A DNA stretch of 64,000 nt from Octopus vulgaris (lineage: Eukaryota), in the NCBI GenBank assembly GCA_951406725.2, contig OX597819.1:100626001-100690000 (forward strand), written 5' to 3'. Both the position numbers and the translations under genes were made by a program. How positions within the stretch are numbered: position 1 is the first letter of the stretch; each line of letters begins with the position of its first letter. The notes below the pieces were generated by a model. The model did no database searches. It had not been told where the DNA came from and worked only from the letters and a program-made list of their open reading frames with translations. Shown piece after piece: positions 40,822 through 55,103 of the stretch.

Positions 40822-43454
40822 TATATACACATATATTTTTTTCTAGCAACAAATGCCCTCGTTCACCCGAAAACTAAATATATAAAAAGAGTTCTCTAAA
40901 TTGTCTCGGTAATTCTAATTGTACCAAAAATGCGGGGTATTCAGTAAGAGCCCAGTGCTAGACATGACTTGTCCTGTTATTTACAACTTTGGTTAAATGA
41001 TATTTACTCGTTCGATCATGAGAGTGTAGAACATGAGATGACTATGAGAGAAACATGGACTTGTAATGTTTTATTCTAACAATAATTGCAGCCAGTCTCC
41101 GATATTGAAGTTTCGATAAAAATGTAATGAGTGGTGTAGTATGGGAAACGGTGAGAGGAAACTAGGAATGAGAAAGTAAGTTATGAAACAAAATGAAAGA
41201 ATGGGGACATATTTAGACAGAGCCAAGATGAGAAGAAGATCTTTTTTTTTATTTTATCTAGTTTCAGCTCACGAGATGTGGCTATGCTGAGGCACCGCCA
41301 TTAAAGAATTTTTTTGCTCTGCTAGACAGCATGCTTACTCCAAGGAAGGGTCTAAGGTCTTGGGGAAAAGCTATATATATATATATATATATATATACCG
41401 ACCAGGTCATCAGATGTTGCTACACATCACTGGTCACAATGTGAAAGAGTACAGCAGAGATCACCATTACCCCCTGCCGGAGGCTCGTGGAGCTTTAGAA
41501 TAGACAGTGGAGAAAAGTTAACGGTTTTTGGGACGTATTAACAGCGTATGTGTTATAAAAGGGATTCTCAGAAACTTTAAGCAAAGCACACTCTTCTCAT
41601 TGTCGCTCACCATACACATAAAAGTGTAACTGATGCAATATTATAAACCTAACCTGGTGTCATTGTGCCCCTTACAAATTACACTTCAGTTTTCTGTCAG
41701 GTGATACAATTATAGTTTTAATTCCTTTATAAGCTAATTTGTGCAGAATTCTCGCGCAACTAATCAATGACTAGCGAAAGAAAATATTAATTTATGAAAC
41801 AGATTGTTCTCACTCAGTCTCATATTTAAAGCAATGAGAAATTACAAATAGTTTGTAACTGTTGAGGAACCCATATTCAAATTTTAGCATTTCGGGTATT
41901 CATTCAAATGAAAATATGCCCGAGTAAATTCACATTGCAGTCTGTAAGATACTAATAGGAATAGAGCAAATCACTGGGAAATAGAATCATATCCGATAAG
42001 TGTAATAACCACTTGAGAGTTACGTAGCTACATGATACCTATTGAACATTGAGTAAATAGAAACAATGACAATTTTATTTCAAACGATTGGGGTACATGA
42101 AATATTAATATAAGGATATCATACGATTATAATTTGGCTTTTTTTTTTTTCTCGTTTCAGCTCAGAGCTGCGGCCATGCTGATGCACCGCCGTTTTGTGC
42201 TACACTGTTATTGCGACGAAACTCGTCTGATATGTAGCACTTGGTGAAGAATGGAGTTTGATACAGCTACTCTCATTTGCACCTCTTGTCGTGAGGTAGG
42301 TTCATCTGGGGCTCTTGACAGGAAGATGTCCAGTTTGTTGGCTTGTTCAGTATTTCTAATTTAAACGAATTCTAACGACACACTGCTTTCCTAGCTGGAA
42401 ATTAATATTCTTGCGTAAATGTATACATTGTGTGAATCGTAGTCTAGTGGTTCCCTGTATCTATAGCAGTTTAAAACATACTACTTGCTTAATAATATTC
42501 TATTAGTTGCAGACAATCAATGTTTTCATTATAAATGTATTTTATCTTTAATTCCTTTGCATATTTTTAATGTATATGAGTGCACGTAGTGATTCTGATC
42601 GACGTGTGATTAACTGTAATTATCTAGCGGTGCCATCGTTGGGAAAAAAATGCACGTAATTGATATGGAGTATATGTAAACACATGGAGAAGAACATATA
42701 TCATTTTCTGGGTACATATGAGGCGACTGTAGGGATTTTTAAACGGCCATCTGTCAATATCTCTGGTCGGACTTATGTCATTGTGATAAAGAATTGCAAC
42801 GTCAACCGTAAATTGGGTATATTTTATGAGTTCGAATCATTAGATCAATGGACGCCAATAAATGGAGGTGATCGTTATCATTGCTGCTGTGTGGCTATGT
42901 GACGGTGAAATGCATATTTACATATTTTAAGCTTATCGTACTTAACAACATCTCATATCTGATGAACGTTTTATATAATTTATATCTGATAGCATGTACG
43001 TTGTTTGTAGTAGCTGTTGCAGCTAGGTTTTTAGAGGATCTAACTAAACTTCCATCAACATTATTATCGCTTAGAATTATATTCAATTTATTTAGAGTGC
43101 TACCTGTTTTAAATAACATTTAACTCCTTATCACCAAAGCTGTATTCAAAACTTAAAACTAAACTAAACAATAATACTCCATCATAGGTGGCAGCACTAG
43201 AATTGCTCTTAGTAAATCAGCCCTTAAATAATGGTGTCATATTTGACACAAGGCCATCAGTACCGAGTGAGGAGAAAGTCGATTACATCGACCCCAGAGC
43301 TCAACTGGTACTTATTTTATCGACCCGGGAGGAATGAAAGACAAATCATGGTTGGTGAAATTTGAACGTAAAGACGGACGAAATGACGCTAAGCATTTTT
43401 TCCCGGTGAGCAAACGATTCTACCACCTCACTGTCTTAATAATAATAATAATAA

Positions 43455-43527
<73 letters not shown>

Positions 43528-45129
43528 TCTTTTTACCAAAGGTACAAGGCCCGAACCTTTGGGGGAGGGGACTAGTGCTCAACTGATGCTTATTTTATAG
43601 AACCCTAAAAGATAACAAGCAAAGTTGTCCGGAGCGGAATTTGAACACAGTACGTAAAGATGGACGAAATCTCACTAAGCATTTTGCCCGGCGTGCTAAC
43701 GATTGTGCCAGCCCGCTACCTTAAACTGCACTCAAATATTGATTTCAAATTTGGGCACAAGGCCTACACTTTCGGGAGGAGAGGTTCAGTCGATTATTCC
43801 GACCCCAGTGTTCAACCAGTACTTGTTTTATCGACCCCAAAAGTATGAAAAACAAAGTAAAAACGGACGAAATGCCGCTAAGCATTTTTCCTGACATGTT
43901 GACAATTCTACCTGCTCGCCACCTGAGATTGCATTCAAATATTGATAACTAGAACAAGAATTTTGAGATCAAATACTATTGAAGCTGAATTTAATAACTT
44001 GTATGAGTACAATAGTTTGTAACTATAATATTATTCTGTAACTATAGTGTCAAGTGACTCACTTACACCATTATTTCATAGTTTTGGGCATTGTATTACT
44101 GCCAGTCTATACTCAACTAGAAGCCAGCTGCTTAGTCTTTAACTAACGTTTCCCACCAATGACCAAAAACTTTATATGGTCTCCATCGTGTTATACATAA
44201 CAACAAAATACTCCTCAAATCACTCATACTTGCGTCTTCAAAAGGAAGTATACGTTTAATACTCTATGTCTGAAGCAAAAAATCGACTTAATCACTGTGA
44301 TGTTTGCTTAATATGAAGTGGCCTGGTGTTAAACAAAAATAATTATAATAGCGAAAACTCACATAGTGAGAACATCTATAGTTTTGATAGACAAACCTCT
44401 ATCTACTGTTTCAGGTATATGACACAAACGCTATCCCAGATTTTCAAGATTTTCCGACTAAATATAAAATATGGGGCGCCGTTGTGTCTTATTTTCAGTT
44501 AATTGTCTTAGAGCAACTTGATATAACGCACCTCGCTCAAGAACGTTATGTACTGCCAGGTTCGGAAATCGAAACGGTAACCTATAGTTTGTTAGCCTAG
44601 TAACCCTAACCACTGAGCGTCATTTCTTTATAATTTGCAATAAAGAAATATTTATTGTCTTCATTAGTTGTTTCACATAAAAGTGGTCAACAAATATTTC
44701 AAGGAAAATAAGGGCGGTGGGAGGAAGCCCTAATAATGTACACACTATTGCTTTGTAATTTTAAGAATATGACTATGCCTAGCTTCATAGAATATCTGTC
44801 AACATACTTAGAGAAATTGCTGCATTCATTCCTGTTTACCAATAACAAATGTGAGATCATAGATACATCTCTTAACTGTCTGATTATTTTCTAGTTCAAC
44901 AGTTAGAAACTTTTCCAAACATTTCTGCTTAATAATATAGACTTTTGGTATTTTCATATTAGTTATTACTACACCGTTGTTATACATTTGTCCTAAACAA
45001 TGGTGTCCATCCTATTATGCTCTATTTATTGGTTGGTCTGTACGGCTCTCGCTACATTGTTGCGTTCATAAGTAAGTTATGTTAAAATTAGAATGGTCTG
45101 ACCGAAACAGCATAGTGAATTGCTTCAAG

Positions 45130-45600
45130 AAACTCTCAACTCGGGTGATCATTCTCGTCTGGGGCGCTTGTATTGCAAATTGTGATGCTTCTACTGACCA
45201 GATATTTACATTCTGGTTAGAGATAGTTTGCAAATAACTTGGCCACTTAACAGTTCGTCCTAATGTTGGATCCCCACAGCAGAACTATAAGCGATCAGTA
45301 TGAACTTTTCTGCTTCTGGTTTGAATTGAAACTTTGGGTAGTGGAAATTTTAATCAATATCGAAAGTAATTCAGATTGCTGCGGCCATAATCGGTTTGCT
45401 ATATCAACAAGAGCACATGTTATTATCTTCACCCTCAGTAGCAGCGGATCATTCACATACACGGGTGATGTCGCTACAATTGTTGAGATCTTCCGAGTTC
45501 ACTTACGTCTTATTTTTATTTAGCTAATATCCCTAACTCCTCTGAAGTCGTAGAGCAATCATCAACCGATAACGGCAATATACTATAGTATTTTCGTCAG
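45130..45600 (-). mobile_element. Decayed Penelope-like GIY-YIG remnant
   Basis: Frameshifted PVYVNDP... and FCCGDPTLGRTVK resemble the C-C-G-x-YIGRT region. Confidence 0.4.
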
Positions 45601-46398
45601 AAACACCCATCGCTTCAGCAAGGGGATGGTGTACTTATTTGCAAAAAAACCACTCACCTTTCATAGTGGGAAAAAATAAACGTAAACGATCATGGTTATG
45701 GGATCATTTCAACGTCTATGAATATACGCTATAGAGATTGTTCTTAGTGATTTTCAATTGGAACTATAAGCATGACTTTCATAAATTTTTGGCCTCGAAG
45801 TTATAGCGAAAGTTACTAAATATTCAAAAGTAACATTCCAGGTATGGTAGTTGGAATAGAAACAGTTCAGTTTCTATGGGTTAGACAAATTGACCTTCTG
45901 ATTAAATTAATAATTTTTCAAAGAACGAAGTATTTCGTATAATAAGAATATCACAGTACCTACCACACTATGGAATGTTGTTATACAATTTTAGCCTTCA
46001 ACTGTGCCACCCTGCTGGCTAGGTGAACATGGCAGCAATCTCCCTAAACAGAACGGCAGGTCATTGCTGGGCTGCTGATTTTCAGCTGAGTTGAATTGGA
46101 GCAACGTGAAATGAATAGGTTGGCACAAAAACATAATGCACGCACTGCCAGTCTGGGAATCGAAATCACGATCGCAACAGCAACACTTTAGCGCCTTAAT
46201 ATACTTCATAATAGAAATCAAACATGACGACAGATTTCAGCACCACTAAATCTTGATACCAAATATTTGGTATTAACTCAGTTACGTTACATATCTTTCG
46301 AAGTTTAAATTTCATGGGGGTAGACTGTGGCTTTTAAGTATCTGGGGCCGCATCCGTACAAATAACTGCGTTTCAAAAACTGATACTGATCAAGCTAC

Positions 46399-46531
46399 CT
46401 ATTACTCTCTCCTTCATTATTACTTATATGAATATCAGCCATAGTAAATTCATCAAATACAGATACATTATTACTGTTGTCTTTCTTGAAACAAACTGTT
46501 GTACAAGCAGGAAATATTATGGAAGCAAAAC
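46399..46531 (-). pseudogene. Signal-peptide-like exon with an internal stop (or first coding exon in another frame)
   Basis: Long pyrimidine tract with ctcag acceptor and donor ag|gtagct. ATG 46468 gives MYLYLMNLLWLIFI*VIMKERVI(G), phase 1. ATG 46442 gives an open MADIHISNNEGESN, phase 2. Confidence 0.55.
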
Positions 46532-47189
46532 CTGAGATTTTATAGAACGAATAAAAGGAGAAAAAAGCGACAAAAAAAAAGAAAAAAAAACTGACTAAAA
46601 CATTTATATATCTCTGCATCAATCAATCTCTGTATATATGTATATAGAGAGGAAGATACATGGACACACTTTTATTAACTGTATGTAGTGGAAAATAAAT
46701 GAGAAACAATAAAGACAATAAAATAAGGTAGTAAGAAATGTATAAATTGATGTAACGAAAAAAGTAAAAGAAATAAGTTTCGAGAAAATAATAAAAAGAA
46801 TACAAAATTAGGAATAACAACATTAAAAAGGCATAAAATTGGCGGAGAAAGAAAGAGAGAAATATTGTATAAAAGAATGTTAAAAGACAAAAAAGAACAG
46901 AAGGACTTTCTACACTTAATTACAGGGACAGAGTTGTCTGTATTTTCCTAATTTCCGCCAAGAGATGCCAAAATAAGGAAATTTCAATTCTGATGGTGTA
47001 CAACAATTCATTGCATTTCCAGATATCAAGAACTAGATTCCTTCCCTTGGGCGTCTAATCAGATATTTTAACACAAAGCATCCATGACATTCTTCTACCT
47101 ACGGAGACTGCGATTCCATCTTACATACATATATTTTCATTGCTAAAAACCTACAGCAAACGTAATCGCCACAGCCAATAATTCCGCTC

Positions 47190-47191
47190 AT

Positions 47192-47270
<79 letters not shown>

Positions 47271-47710
47271 GATAATAATAATAATAACAACAACAACAAC
47301 AACGATGATGATAATAATAATAATAATAATAATAATAATAGTAATAATAATAATAATAATAGTGCTGCTGCTGCTACTACTACTACTACTACTACTACTG
47401 CTGCTGTTACTGCGACTACTATCATCATCATCATCCTCTTCTTCATCGTCGTAGTCATCATCACCACCATCATCATCATCATCATCATCATCATCATAAT
47501 CATCATCATCATTGCTGTCATTTTCTTGTAGTATTTGTTATTAATGTTCTGGCTGGTTGTTGTTGTTTTCTTGTCATCACCATCACCGTAGTTGTTGTTG
47601 ATGTGATTGTTGTTGTTCTTCGTATTCGTGTTCCAGTTGTTATTGCTGATGGTTAGTTATTACAGAAATTTTTTCGTCTTTTATTATTATTACTCCTGTT
47701 ATTATTATTA

Positions 47711-47759
<49 letters not shown>

Positions 47760-47794
47760 GATTATCATTATTATTATTATCATTATTATTATTA

Positions 47795-47876
<82 letters not shown>

Positions 47877-48070
47877 TATTATTATTATTATTATTATTGC
47901 TGTTGCTGTTGTTTTTGTTATTGTTGTTGTTATCATTAATATTACCATTATAGCTGATGTTATTTTTGTTAGTGCATTTTTTCTCGTTGTTTTTGTTATT
48001 TCTTTTGTTGTTATAGTTTGTAGTGTTGTTGTTTTGCTGTTGACGGTGTTGTTGTTGCATTTGTTGTTAT
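47190..48070. repeat. Large compound trinucleotide tract (ACT/AAT/CAT/ATT/GTT)
   Basis: Direct reading. Confidence 0.95.
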
Positions 48071-48245
48071 TAGATGCTGTACTTTTTTTTGGCGATTTGA
48101 TTTCAGAATGCTCTGTGATGAGAATTCCGATGTGCTAATATTGGAGCACGTTTCAAAAAGACGGCGCTAGTGAAAATGGTAACCAATATGAATTCTCTGA
48201 GAATGACTTCACCGATGACTGTACACACACACACACACACACACA

Positions 48246-48306
<61 letters not shown>

Positions 48307-48423
48307 AAATGGACAAACGCACAGATATGTATGATTACATATATATATATATATATATAAATAAGTTTATATGTAAGTATATATAATTATATATACAAAT
48401 ACAAATATATGGTACATATATGG

Positions 48424-48461
<38 letters not shown>

Positions 48462-49009
48462 TCAATTTTTGATATATACAAATATATATACCACTTTTAT
48501 GTAATTTTTTGTGTGAATATGTATATTTGAAAGAGTGCATAGACGCATGCGCGCACACACACATTCACGCACACATTTATATAATACACACACGAACACT
48601 GAAATGTGTTATTCACTAATGTATTAAGGTAATTTTACAAAGAAGCCAATGCATGCATATATATATATATATACATATATATAAGTAAATGTATATGCGT
48701 GTATGGATGTGTGAATCTATATGTGTGATAGATGAATGTGTGTGCGTGTGTGTGTATGTGTGTACGTATGCATCCATACATGAATATATACGTACATAAA
48801 TGCATACATATAAGTACTTGCTTCATTTATATCGGCGTAACTATCTACCGTCTTACTATTCACAAACTCAAGCTGAAGCTTATTTTCACCTAGGCATACA
48901 TCTACGTGCGTAAACGTTTCGTGTTCCTGTGTATGCACATGTGTATATTCACACGTACACACTTATTCACTTACCCACACACACATAGATATGTACATAT
49001 ATACTCTTT

Positions 49010-49397
49010 TACTTTTTTACTCGTTTCTGTCATTTGACTGCGGCCATGCTGGAGCATCGCCTTTCATCGAACAACTCGACCCCGGGACTTATTCTTTTGT
49101 AAGCCCAGTACTTATTCTATCGGTCTCCTTTGCCGAACCGCTAAATAACGGGGACATAATCACACCAGCATCGGTTGTCAAGCAATGCTAGGGGGACAAA
49201 CACACACACGCACATATACATATATACATATATACGACAGGCTTCTTTCAGTTTCCGTCTACCAAATCCACTCACAAGGCTTTGGTCGGCCCGAGGCTAT
49301 AGTGGAAGACACTTGCCCAAGGTGCCACGCAGTGGGACCGAACCCGGAACCATGTGGTTTGTAAACAAGCTACTTACCACACAGCCACTCCTGCGCC
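49010..49397 (-). mobile_element. tRNA-derived SINE family B with an internal microsatellite
   Basis: Reverse complement of 53346-53757. Older copies occur at about 8830-9290, 10935-11400, 14839-15190, 49565-50190, 55850-56135 and 57255-57460. Confidence 0.9.
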
Positions 49398-49402
49398 ATA
49401 TA

Positions 49403-49474
<72 letters not shown>

Positions 49475-50189
49475 AATATATATAAATATATATATATATA
49501 ATATATAGAGAGATAGATAGAAAGCTTGATAGATAGATTTTCGAAGTCACTGTCAACTTTAGCTGCAGGTGTTGATGTGTGGTAAGAATTTGCCTCTCAT
49601 TCACACGGTTACGGAGTCAGCCCCGCTGCCTAGCACATTGAGCGTGTGTCTTTCACGACGAAAGCCTTCTAAGTGGATTTGGTAGACGAAAATTGAAAGG
49701 AGCCCACTGTGTATATATATGTGCGTATGAATATATACATGAACGCCCTCCCTATACATAACTCCATGTCCCCCTACATGGCCTTGCTTTTTGGTTTTTG
49801 AGCATTTATACACACATGTATATGAATGTATGTATCTTTGCATATATTTGCGTGCGTTTTTGTGTTTGTACTCCAACACCGCTTTACAACCGCTGTTGGT
49901 TCGTTTTCGTCTCCGTAACTTAGCGCTTCGGCAAAAATGTCAGCTGGAATAAATATCAAACTTAGAATAAGAAATATGTAACAGGGCTACCTTAAATGAG
50001 TACTCGCAACCAGGAACCTGTGTATCAACGGTCTCTTTTTCACTCTTATCCCACATAAAAAATGGAATCGATAGAATAAGTACTGGGCTTACAAAGAATA
50101 AGTCCCGGGGTCGATTTGCTCGACTAAAGGCGGTGCTCCAGGCTGGCCGCAGTCAAATGACTGAAACAAGTAAAAGATAAAAGATAAAA

Positions 50190-51080
50190 GAAGAATATAT
50201 CTAGGCATTGTGAATGAATATAGAAAGGCGTTAGGAAATTACACCAAACTTAGGAAAAAATGACTACCAGACCTCTAATCGTACAAGAAAATATCTCAAT
50301 ATACATTGGTACTTTCAGAGCTGACACCGACGTTTAGCATAAACAGGAAATCGATTCTAAATTCCTAAGGAAAAGAAGAGACAATAATTCCACTGGAGCA
50401 TCAAATTGCGATTGTAAACGTCGATTATTTTGCATTTCCAGGGAAAACACCGAACATGCTCAGCAGCTGCCCAGAAATGTCATCAAGGCACAACCACACA
50501 ATTTACCAATGACGTTGTTGCTAAAACAATGTACAATACCATCCAAAAATAGACTGTCCCCTAAAAACGTTGTGGAATGCCCCTGTTTATGAATACACTC
50601 ATAAACTTCGGCATGATGCATTTAGGTGGAAAATTCCCATCAAAATTTCTACCAAATACAAACAGGTATAGTACTCTGGTAGCGAGAAAAAATAGTATGT
50701 AACGCTGGAGACACCAGCTGCTCGGCTGATGTGATATTTTTTTTCAAAAATCAAAGAGAAGCAAGATAACTACGAACAACCGCTTCGAAACCTTCAGATT
50801 GTATACCCACATATATATAAACGATAATTTGTGCATTTTTTCTTATTATTAGAAAATGACGAAGTGGCAACTTTACAAAGCTTGAGATTTCAGAATAAGA
50901 AATCAACGAATGAATGCGCTAGATGCATATACATTTTATAAGTAGAACAGTGAAAATTTGTGAGACTTCTCTCAAGTTAAACATGTAACATTGTTTTTGT
51001 TATCTACCTTCTAGCTATCAAGTTTTGTATCCTTGTTAGAAACCAGCTGCTTCCTTACAGAAGGAATTCAAATATTTAAA
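50190..51080 (+). mobile_element. Decayed R4/Dong-like LINE 3' end
   Basis: Collinear with 31410-32580 on the opposite strand, including the 3' motif tgttagaaacc. Confidence 0.65.
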
Positions 51081-51194
51081 ATTAGAGGAGAATATATATG
51101 CACAAACATACAAACGTATTGAAATATGTAATCATTTAAAATTGTATAAATATATATTTGTATTTATGTACGTGTGTATATATATATATAAAAT

Positions 51195-51398
51195 TTGACC
51201 TCGTGTGTACCGTTGGTGATTTTTTTTCCTCTGTCTTCCCTTCTCGGGATCTTTCCTTCTCCTATGTTTCCGACGAAGAGCTCCGCTCGAAACGTTAAAC
51301 CCTCCTTCTTTCCTTCTTTCCTGAGCGTCCAATAATACTATATTTGTTCCACGTTCTCGCGTTGTTGTGTTTTTTTGTGTTTTCTTGTTTGGATTAAC

Positions 51399-51400
<2 letters not shown>
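51195..51400 (+). mobile_element. Short PLE-derived repeat in (TA)n with a minimal hammerhead-like core
   Basis: gttt-CCGACGA-a-gagc-tcc-gctc-GAAAC-GTT-aaac at 51266-51300. Confidence 0.62.
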
Positions 51401-51497
<97 letters not shown>

Positions 51498-51510
51498 GTA
51501 TATGTTTATG

Positions 51511-51553
<43 letters not shown>

Positions 51554-52089
51554 TTATATATATGGGTGTATATATGTGTGTATATGAATGCGTGTATTCG
51601 TATGCATTATGTTGACTGTAAAAAGAGCGAGAGAGAAACAGACTAGGAAATGGGAGGATGAGAAGCGAAATGACTGAGAATGAGATAGTTTCTCTTTATC
51701 AATCGCACCAACACTCCAACATCGAGAATTGTGCAAGAGTTATTCTTAACAGCAACACAATTTACATTTGACAAGCCAACTTTGAGTATACTTAACAGAA
51801 TTCGCCATTCGAGAAGGTGCAATGAACGAGCAGACTTAATGCATTTTTCGTGTACATTTAACATTATAGACAATCACCAATCGGTCGCTTCAGCTTGTTG
51901 TAATACACACTTACACAAACGAACATATTCGTACATATATAGTGCAACATAGGGAGAAATACACTTACTCTCTGCTACATGCATACGTAAATACACGTAC
52001 ATCTATAAAAATTATAATACGAAGAGAGGCTCTGCTGGTCATCTGTCGGAAAAAGTGGCTGTATATTGGTGAATGATGTCAGAGGGTCA

Positions 52090-52662
52090 TACGAGGGAGG
52101 GAGAGAGAGAGAGGGGGGGAGAGACAGAGGGAAAGAAAGAGAGAGAGAGAGATTTTGTGTGAAGGAAAGAGAGAAAGAGAGAGGAGAGAGGAACAGAAAG
52201 GCAATGACAGAGAGGGAGGGGGAAACTGAAACATGGAAAGACAGAGAGAGGCAGAGAGTCAGAGGAGAAAGGTAGGGGTGTAGGATAGAAAAAGATGAAG
52301 ATAGATTAAAGATTATGAGATGGAGAGAAATAGGTAAAAGCTTAGTGAAAGGAGAGGATAGGAGAGGGGAAAAGAGACAGGAAGATGTAGGGGGAAAATG
52401 TACATAAAAGGAGAGAGAAAGAAGAGAATGAGACTAACAAATAGAAATAAAGAGAGAACGGCACTAAGTGAGAGTGTCAGGCAAGAAAAGAGAGAGAGAG
52501 AACAAAAGAGAGAGATAAAAGGAAGCAAGAGAGAGAGAGAGAACCAAAGAGATAGTGAGAGATGAGAGACAAAGGGGAGAGAGAGAACGATATTGAAAAA
52601 CAAAAGTAGGGAATAAGAAACAACGGATTCAGAGATAAAAAAGTGGACAAGAGATTGAGAAA

Positions 52663-52703
<41 letters not shown>

Positions 52704-52810
52704 AATGAGAAAAAGAGATTTAGATAGGGAGAGAGAGAGACAGAGAAAAAAAGGAGAAAGAGAGATGAGATGATATTAGGAATGAAAGGAAGTGATAGGA
52801 AATAGAGATG
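52090..52810. repeat. GA-rich polypurine tract
   Basis: About 700 bp of degenerate (GA)n. Confidence 0.9.
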
Positions 52811-53345
52811 TGTGGATATATTTTAAGTGATTGTTACGTGAATGTGGTGGTGGGGCGTTTGTGCATGTGTGTGGAGGCTTATATATGTGGTTATGTGTGT
52901 ATTTATATGTATGTGTCTAATAGCAATATCTACTTATCTTATGGTGATGTTCTCTCTTTATGAATATTGATCAAAGAACTCATATTGAAAAAAAAAAAAA
53001 AGTGAGTAAAATTGCGTAGGGGTGGCTATAAGAACAATGATGGTGAAGATATAAATAATGTTAGTGTTGATGGTAGTGGTGAGAGCAATGAGTATTATGT
53101 GGAAAAGGAGGAACAAAGTTAGAAAAGGGAAGACAAATAGCACAACAAGAATGACTGTATGTGAGTACATACTTACATATATGAATATACATACATACAT
53201 ATACACACTTACACACACAATATATATATATCGTTTTTTAATTTGGTTTGCAAGATTCTTTATGTGAGTTCGTGTGTTGAAGCATATTCTGTTGTGTCTG
53301 GGAAGAGTCATTTTCTTTTTGTGCCTTATAAGCTACTTACCACAC

Positions 53346-53757
53346 AGGAATGGCTGTGTGGTAAGTAGCTTGCTAACCAACCACATGGTTCTGGGTTCAG
53401 TCCCACTGCGTGGCATCTTGGGCAAGTGTCTTCTGCTATAGCCACGGGCCGACCAAAGCCTTCTGAGTGGATTTGGTAGACGGAAACTGAAAGAAGCCTG
53501 TCGTATATATGTATATATATATAAGTGTGTGTGTATATGTATGTGTGTCTGTGTTTGTCCCCCTAGCATTGCTTGACAACCGATGCTGGTGTGTTTACGT
53601 CCCCGTTACTTAGCGGTTCGGCAAAAGAGACCGATAGAATAAGTACTGGGCTTACAAAGAATAAGTCCCGGGGTCGATTTGCTCGACTAAAGGCGGTGCT
53701 CCAGCATGGCCGCAGTCAAATGACTGAAACAAGTAAAAGAGTAAAAGAGTAAAGAGT
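53346..53757 (+). mobile_element. Young SINE family B copy inserted into a hairpin element
   Basis: A box tggctgtgtggt, B-box-like ggttcagtccc and (gagtaaaa)n tail. TATAA occurs on both sides (53327-53331 and 53757-53761). Confidence 0.9.
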
Positions 53758-54385
53758 ATAATTTAACACACTCACCGGTAAAATTTCCACTTAGAAATAA
53801 AAATAAGAAATAAGTGGAAATTTTAGTGGTGAGTGTGCTAAATTATAAGGCACAAAAAGAAAATGTGATTCAAAGCTTGTGTTTAATGTTATTTTTCATT
53901 TTTCAGATCATATTTGTTTTCAACAATGAGGGCAAGGGAGTGAAAAAATGATCCAAACAGATTCTGTTATATCTTTTGATAATATATAACTTAGAATAAC
54001 TTAGAAAGGTTTTGGCCAGTATTGGCCCAGGCCATGTCTGACTTTTCAGTATTTGCAATGTTGTGTTCAATACGCAATATTATGCAGTATATTATACAAC
54101 ATATAGTTCATGGTACATGAAAACTGTGCATAATCTGGAGAAATAAAGGTCAGAATCAGAATCAGGACAATTTTTTGACCCAGAAATAAGTCTTACTTAA
54201 CTTGTAATTTTTTTGAACCTGAAATTTGTTGCACAGTGTTACCTGCGAATATTGAACGATACCTTCATCTTCTGACTGGTATCGTTATCGTTAAATATGT
54301 GTATGTCTGTGTGTATGTGTATGCGTGTGTGTGTGTGAGGGTGTGTGTGTTTGTGTGTGTTCATGTATGTATACAAAGTGTTCAC

Positions 54386-54776
54386 CTTTTTTATCCGCTG
54401 GAGGTTAAGCAATAGCCATGACACTTTACTAGGCTTCAGAGACTAATGTGAGGAAGGAAAAACGTTATCTTCAAATCGGAGGTCAGCAACGTATTTTTGC
54501 AACAGAGTTCCTAGTATTGGTATTAAACTGACTAAGGGATTATATCTACAACCCAAATAGTGGGCAGTGGTGGACAGTAGTGAGATTTGAATGTCGAACG
54601 AATAGAGTCAACATATATACGACAAGGTATTCGATCAGGCATTCTAAATTCCCATAAATCCACCGAAGTGGATACTCACAATTTTTTTTATCCAGCGTGA
54701 CCCTTAGTAATCGTTTGATGACTAGGTTATACAAGCAGACTATCTACGAATAACAGCTTTTGAGGTTGGAGAAAAC
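54386..54776 (-). pseudogene. Decayed CUB-like exon downstream of a signal-peptide exon
   Basis: Acceptor catag and donor aag|gtgaac. The frameshifted reading LFVDS.CLYNLV..IYGNLECLIE..MLTLFVRHSNL..HCPLFGL*I*..ELCCKNTLLTSDLKITFSFLT has a CUB-like four-Cys layout. Confidence 0.5.
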
Positions 54777-54824
54777 CTATGATTTGTTGAATTACATATA
54801 TTGATACATCTTTCTATAGGTGTG

Positions 54825-54893
<69 letters not shown>

Positions 54894-54994
54894 ATATATG
54901 TATGAATACATGCATATGGGTAAATAAAGAAAAAAATGCAATTTTCGCATAATCAATAGTAAACAAAATATGAAAATATTAAAATAACCCTTAC

Positions 54995-55103
54995 ATCAGC
55001 AATATATAAAAAGAAAATCGATAGCTTTCAATAGATACAAAACAGAATTGTCATCGATATCAATTGCAGATACATTATGGAAAAATATTCACATCATGAC
55101 AAG
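54995..55103 (-). pseudogene. Signal-peptide-like exon, paralog copy 1 (nonsense stop)
   Basis: Acceptor ttatag, ATG 55075, MYLQLISMTILFCIY*KLSIFFLYIAD (27 codons) and donor gtaagg. The TGA aligns with GGA of the 62260 copy. Confidence 0.65.

Noticed and set aside
41400-41445. Minus-strand CTGATGA as a hammerhead core
   Set aside because: There is no downstream GAAA or stem III, and it appears to be part of a SINE tail.
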